A DNA stretch of 64,000 bases, from contig JAHHGU010000008.1 of assembly GCA_019359765.1 (NCBI GenBank), forward strand, positions 23,929-87,928. Direction: 5' to 3'. The position numbers were made by a program, and so were the translations under genes. This document shows, piece by piece, positions 63,340 through 64,000 of this stretch; the stretch's first letter is position 1, and every line of letters starts with the position of its first letter. Origin of the DNA: Aphanothece sp. CMT-3BRIN-NPC111 (GTDB lineage: Bacteria; Cyanobacteriota; Cyanobacteriia; Cyanobacteriales; JAHHGU01). The notes under the pieces are model-generated. The model was not told the DNA's origin. It saw only the letters and a list, made by a program, of their open reading frames with translations, and did no database searches.

Positions 63340-63846
63340 ATGCAAAGAATCTCTGCACTTGGATTGGATGTTGGTAGCAAACGCATTGGCGTGGCGGGTT
63401 GCGATGGCACTGGTTTGATTGCCACGGGCCTGATGACGATTGAACGTACATCCTTCCAGCGGGATTTAGAGCAACTCCAAGGCTTGATCGACGAGCGACA
63501 GGTGCAAGTTCTTGTCGTTGGTTTACCTTATTCGATGGATGGAACGCTTGGGTTCCAAGCACGACAGGTGCAGAAATTTGCTGTCAGAATAGCAGCTGCT
63601 CTTAAACTGCCAGTGGAATATATGGATGAGCGCCTGACCTCATTTGAGGCAGAACAACTGCTAAAGGCAGAGAAGCGATCGCCCTCCCGCCACAAGAGCT
63701 TAATTGACCGCAAAGCAGCAGCCTTAATTTTGCAACGGTGGTTGGACGAGCGCCGTCATGGTGGCTCTTTTCGCCCACTGACATCATCCAGCTTACCAAC
63801 TGAACCGCTAAGGCTTGTTGATTCTGCTCCATTGGAAAATGAATAA
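63340..63846 (+). CDS. ruvX: Holliday junction resolvase-like protein RuvX (YqgF)
   Basis: ALGLDVGSKRIGVA ... VLVVGLP..MDGT YqgF motifs; 168 aa. Confidence 0.85.
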   Translation: MQRISALGLDVGSKRIGVAGCDGTGLIATGLMTIERTSFQRDLEQLQGLIDERQVQVLVVGLPYSMDGTLGFQARQVQKFAVRIAAALKLPVEYMDERLTSFEAEQLLKAEKRSPSRHKSLIDRKAAALILQRWLDERRHGGSFRPLTSSSLPTEPLRLVDSAPLENE

Positions 63847-63880
63847 GGCTCTAGGGCTGCAAATATAGCAATCCTTCAGT

Positions 63881-63972
63881 TAGCTTTTAGCAAACATACA
63901 GTTATAGCAGTAGTTCTGGGTGCATGGGAATCCATGTCGATTGTCAAGCACCCTTATGGCAACTGCTATATC
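63881..63972. mobile_element. MITE-like element, copy 3 (inverted relative to copy 2)
   Basis: tagcttttagc + gttatagcagtagttctgg...cgattgtcaagcacccttatggcaactgctata, i.e. the reverse complement of the tatagcagttgccata...cttgacaatcgac core. Confidence 0.5.
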
Positions 63973-64000
63973 ATAAATTACAAATTTTTGATACTTAAAT

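Overview
This 64-kb window looks like chromosomal DNA from a filamentous, heterocyst-forming cyanobacterium of the Nostocales type. The indicators are abundant STRR heptamer repeats (GAGTTTT/ACTCAAA, GATTTTG and TAGTAGTTAG families), a Ser/Thr kinase fused to WD40 repeats, and FraC/FraD-like membrane genes. Organism identity is an inference; no search was possible. Most of the window is housekeeping: a type IV pilus operon (pilB-pilT-pilC); a heat-shock cluster (grpE-dnaK-dnaJ-tusA-like-rsgA); atpD-atpC; minCDE; sigA; dnaX; rnhA; ruvX; a UvrD-family helicase; a Raf1-like Rubisco assembly factor; menG; mscS; a ribosomal S1 paralog; and a probable cruF/cruG carotenoid glycosylation pair. I found no CRISPR array, no rRNA or tRNA gene, and no integrase or transposase ORF. 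I also see no single coherent multi-gene system that I can confidently call novel. The structure that the gene list does not explain is mostly repeat biology and a few odd loci: (1) STRR heptamers inserted in frame into six unrelated CDSs; in the five ACTCAAA-family cases they sit in the only orientation free of stop codons and encode a TQNSKLK peptide; (2) a MITE-like element with 10-bp terminal inverted repeats (GTTATAGCAG) in three copies, two of them bracketing ruvX in opposite orientation; (3) a second dispersed 105-bp CACAGAT-type repeat in three copies; (4) a 780-nt noncoding region upstream of raf1 that has a tmRNA-like 5' motif but no recognisable tRNA-like 3' end, plus a perfect 20-bp tandem duplication; (5) an unannotated 54-aa ribbon-helix-helix ORF beside a structured noncoding stretch; (6) a tandemly fused double CobA/CobO adenosyltransferase; (7) a rearrangement hotspot holding an AT-rich HEXXH peptidase gene, a hairpin repeat and a polysaccharide deacetylase fragment next to an intact paralog; and (8) a DUF2267 paralog pair next to a secreted protein with 72-bp proline-rich tandem repeats and a divergent ECF-like sigma factor. 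All functional calls rest on motif recognition from memory; none was checked against a database.
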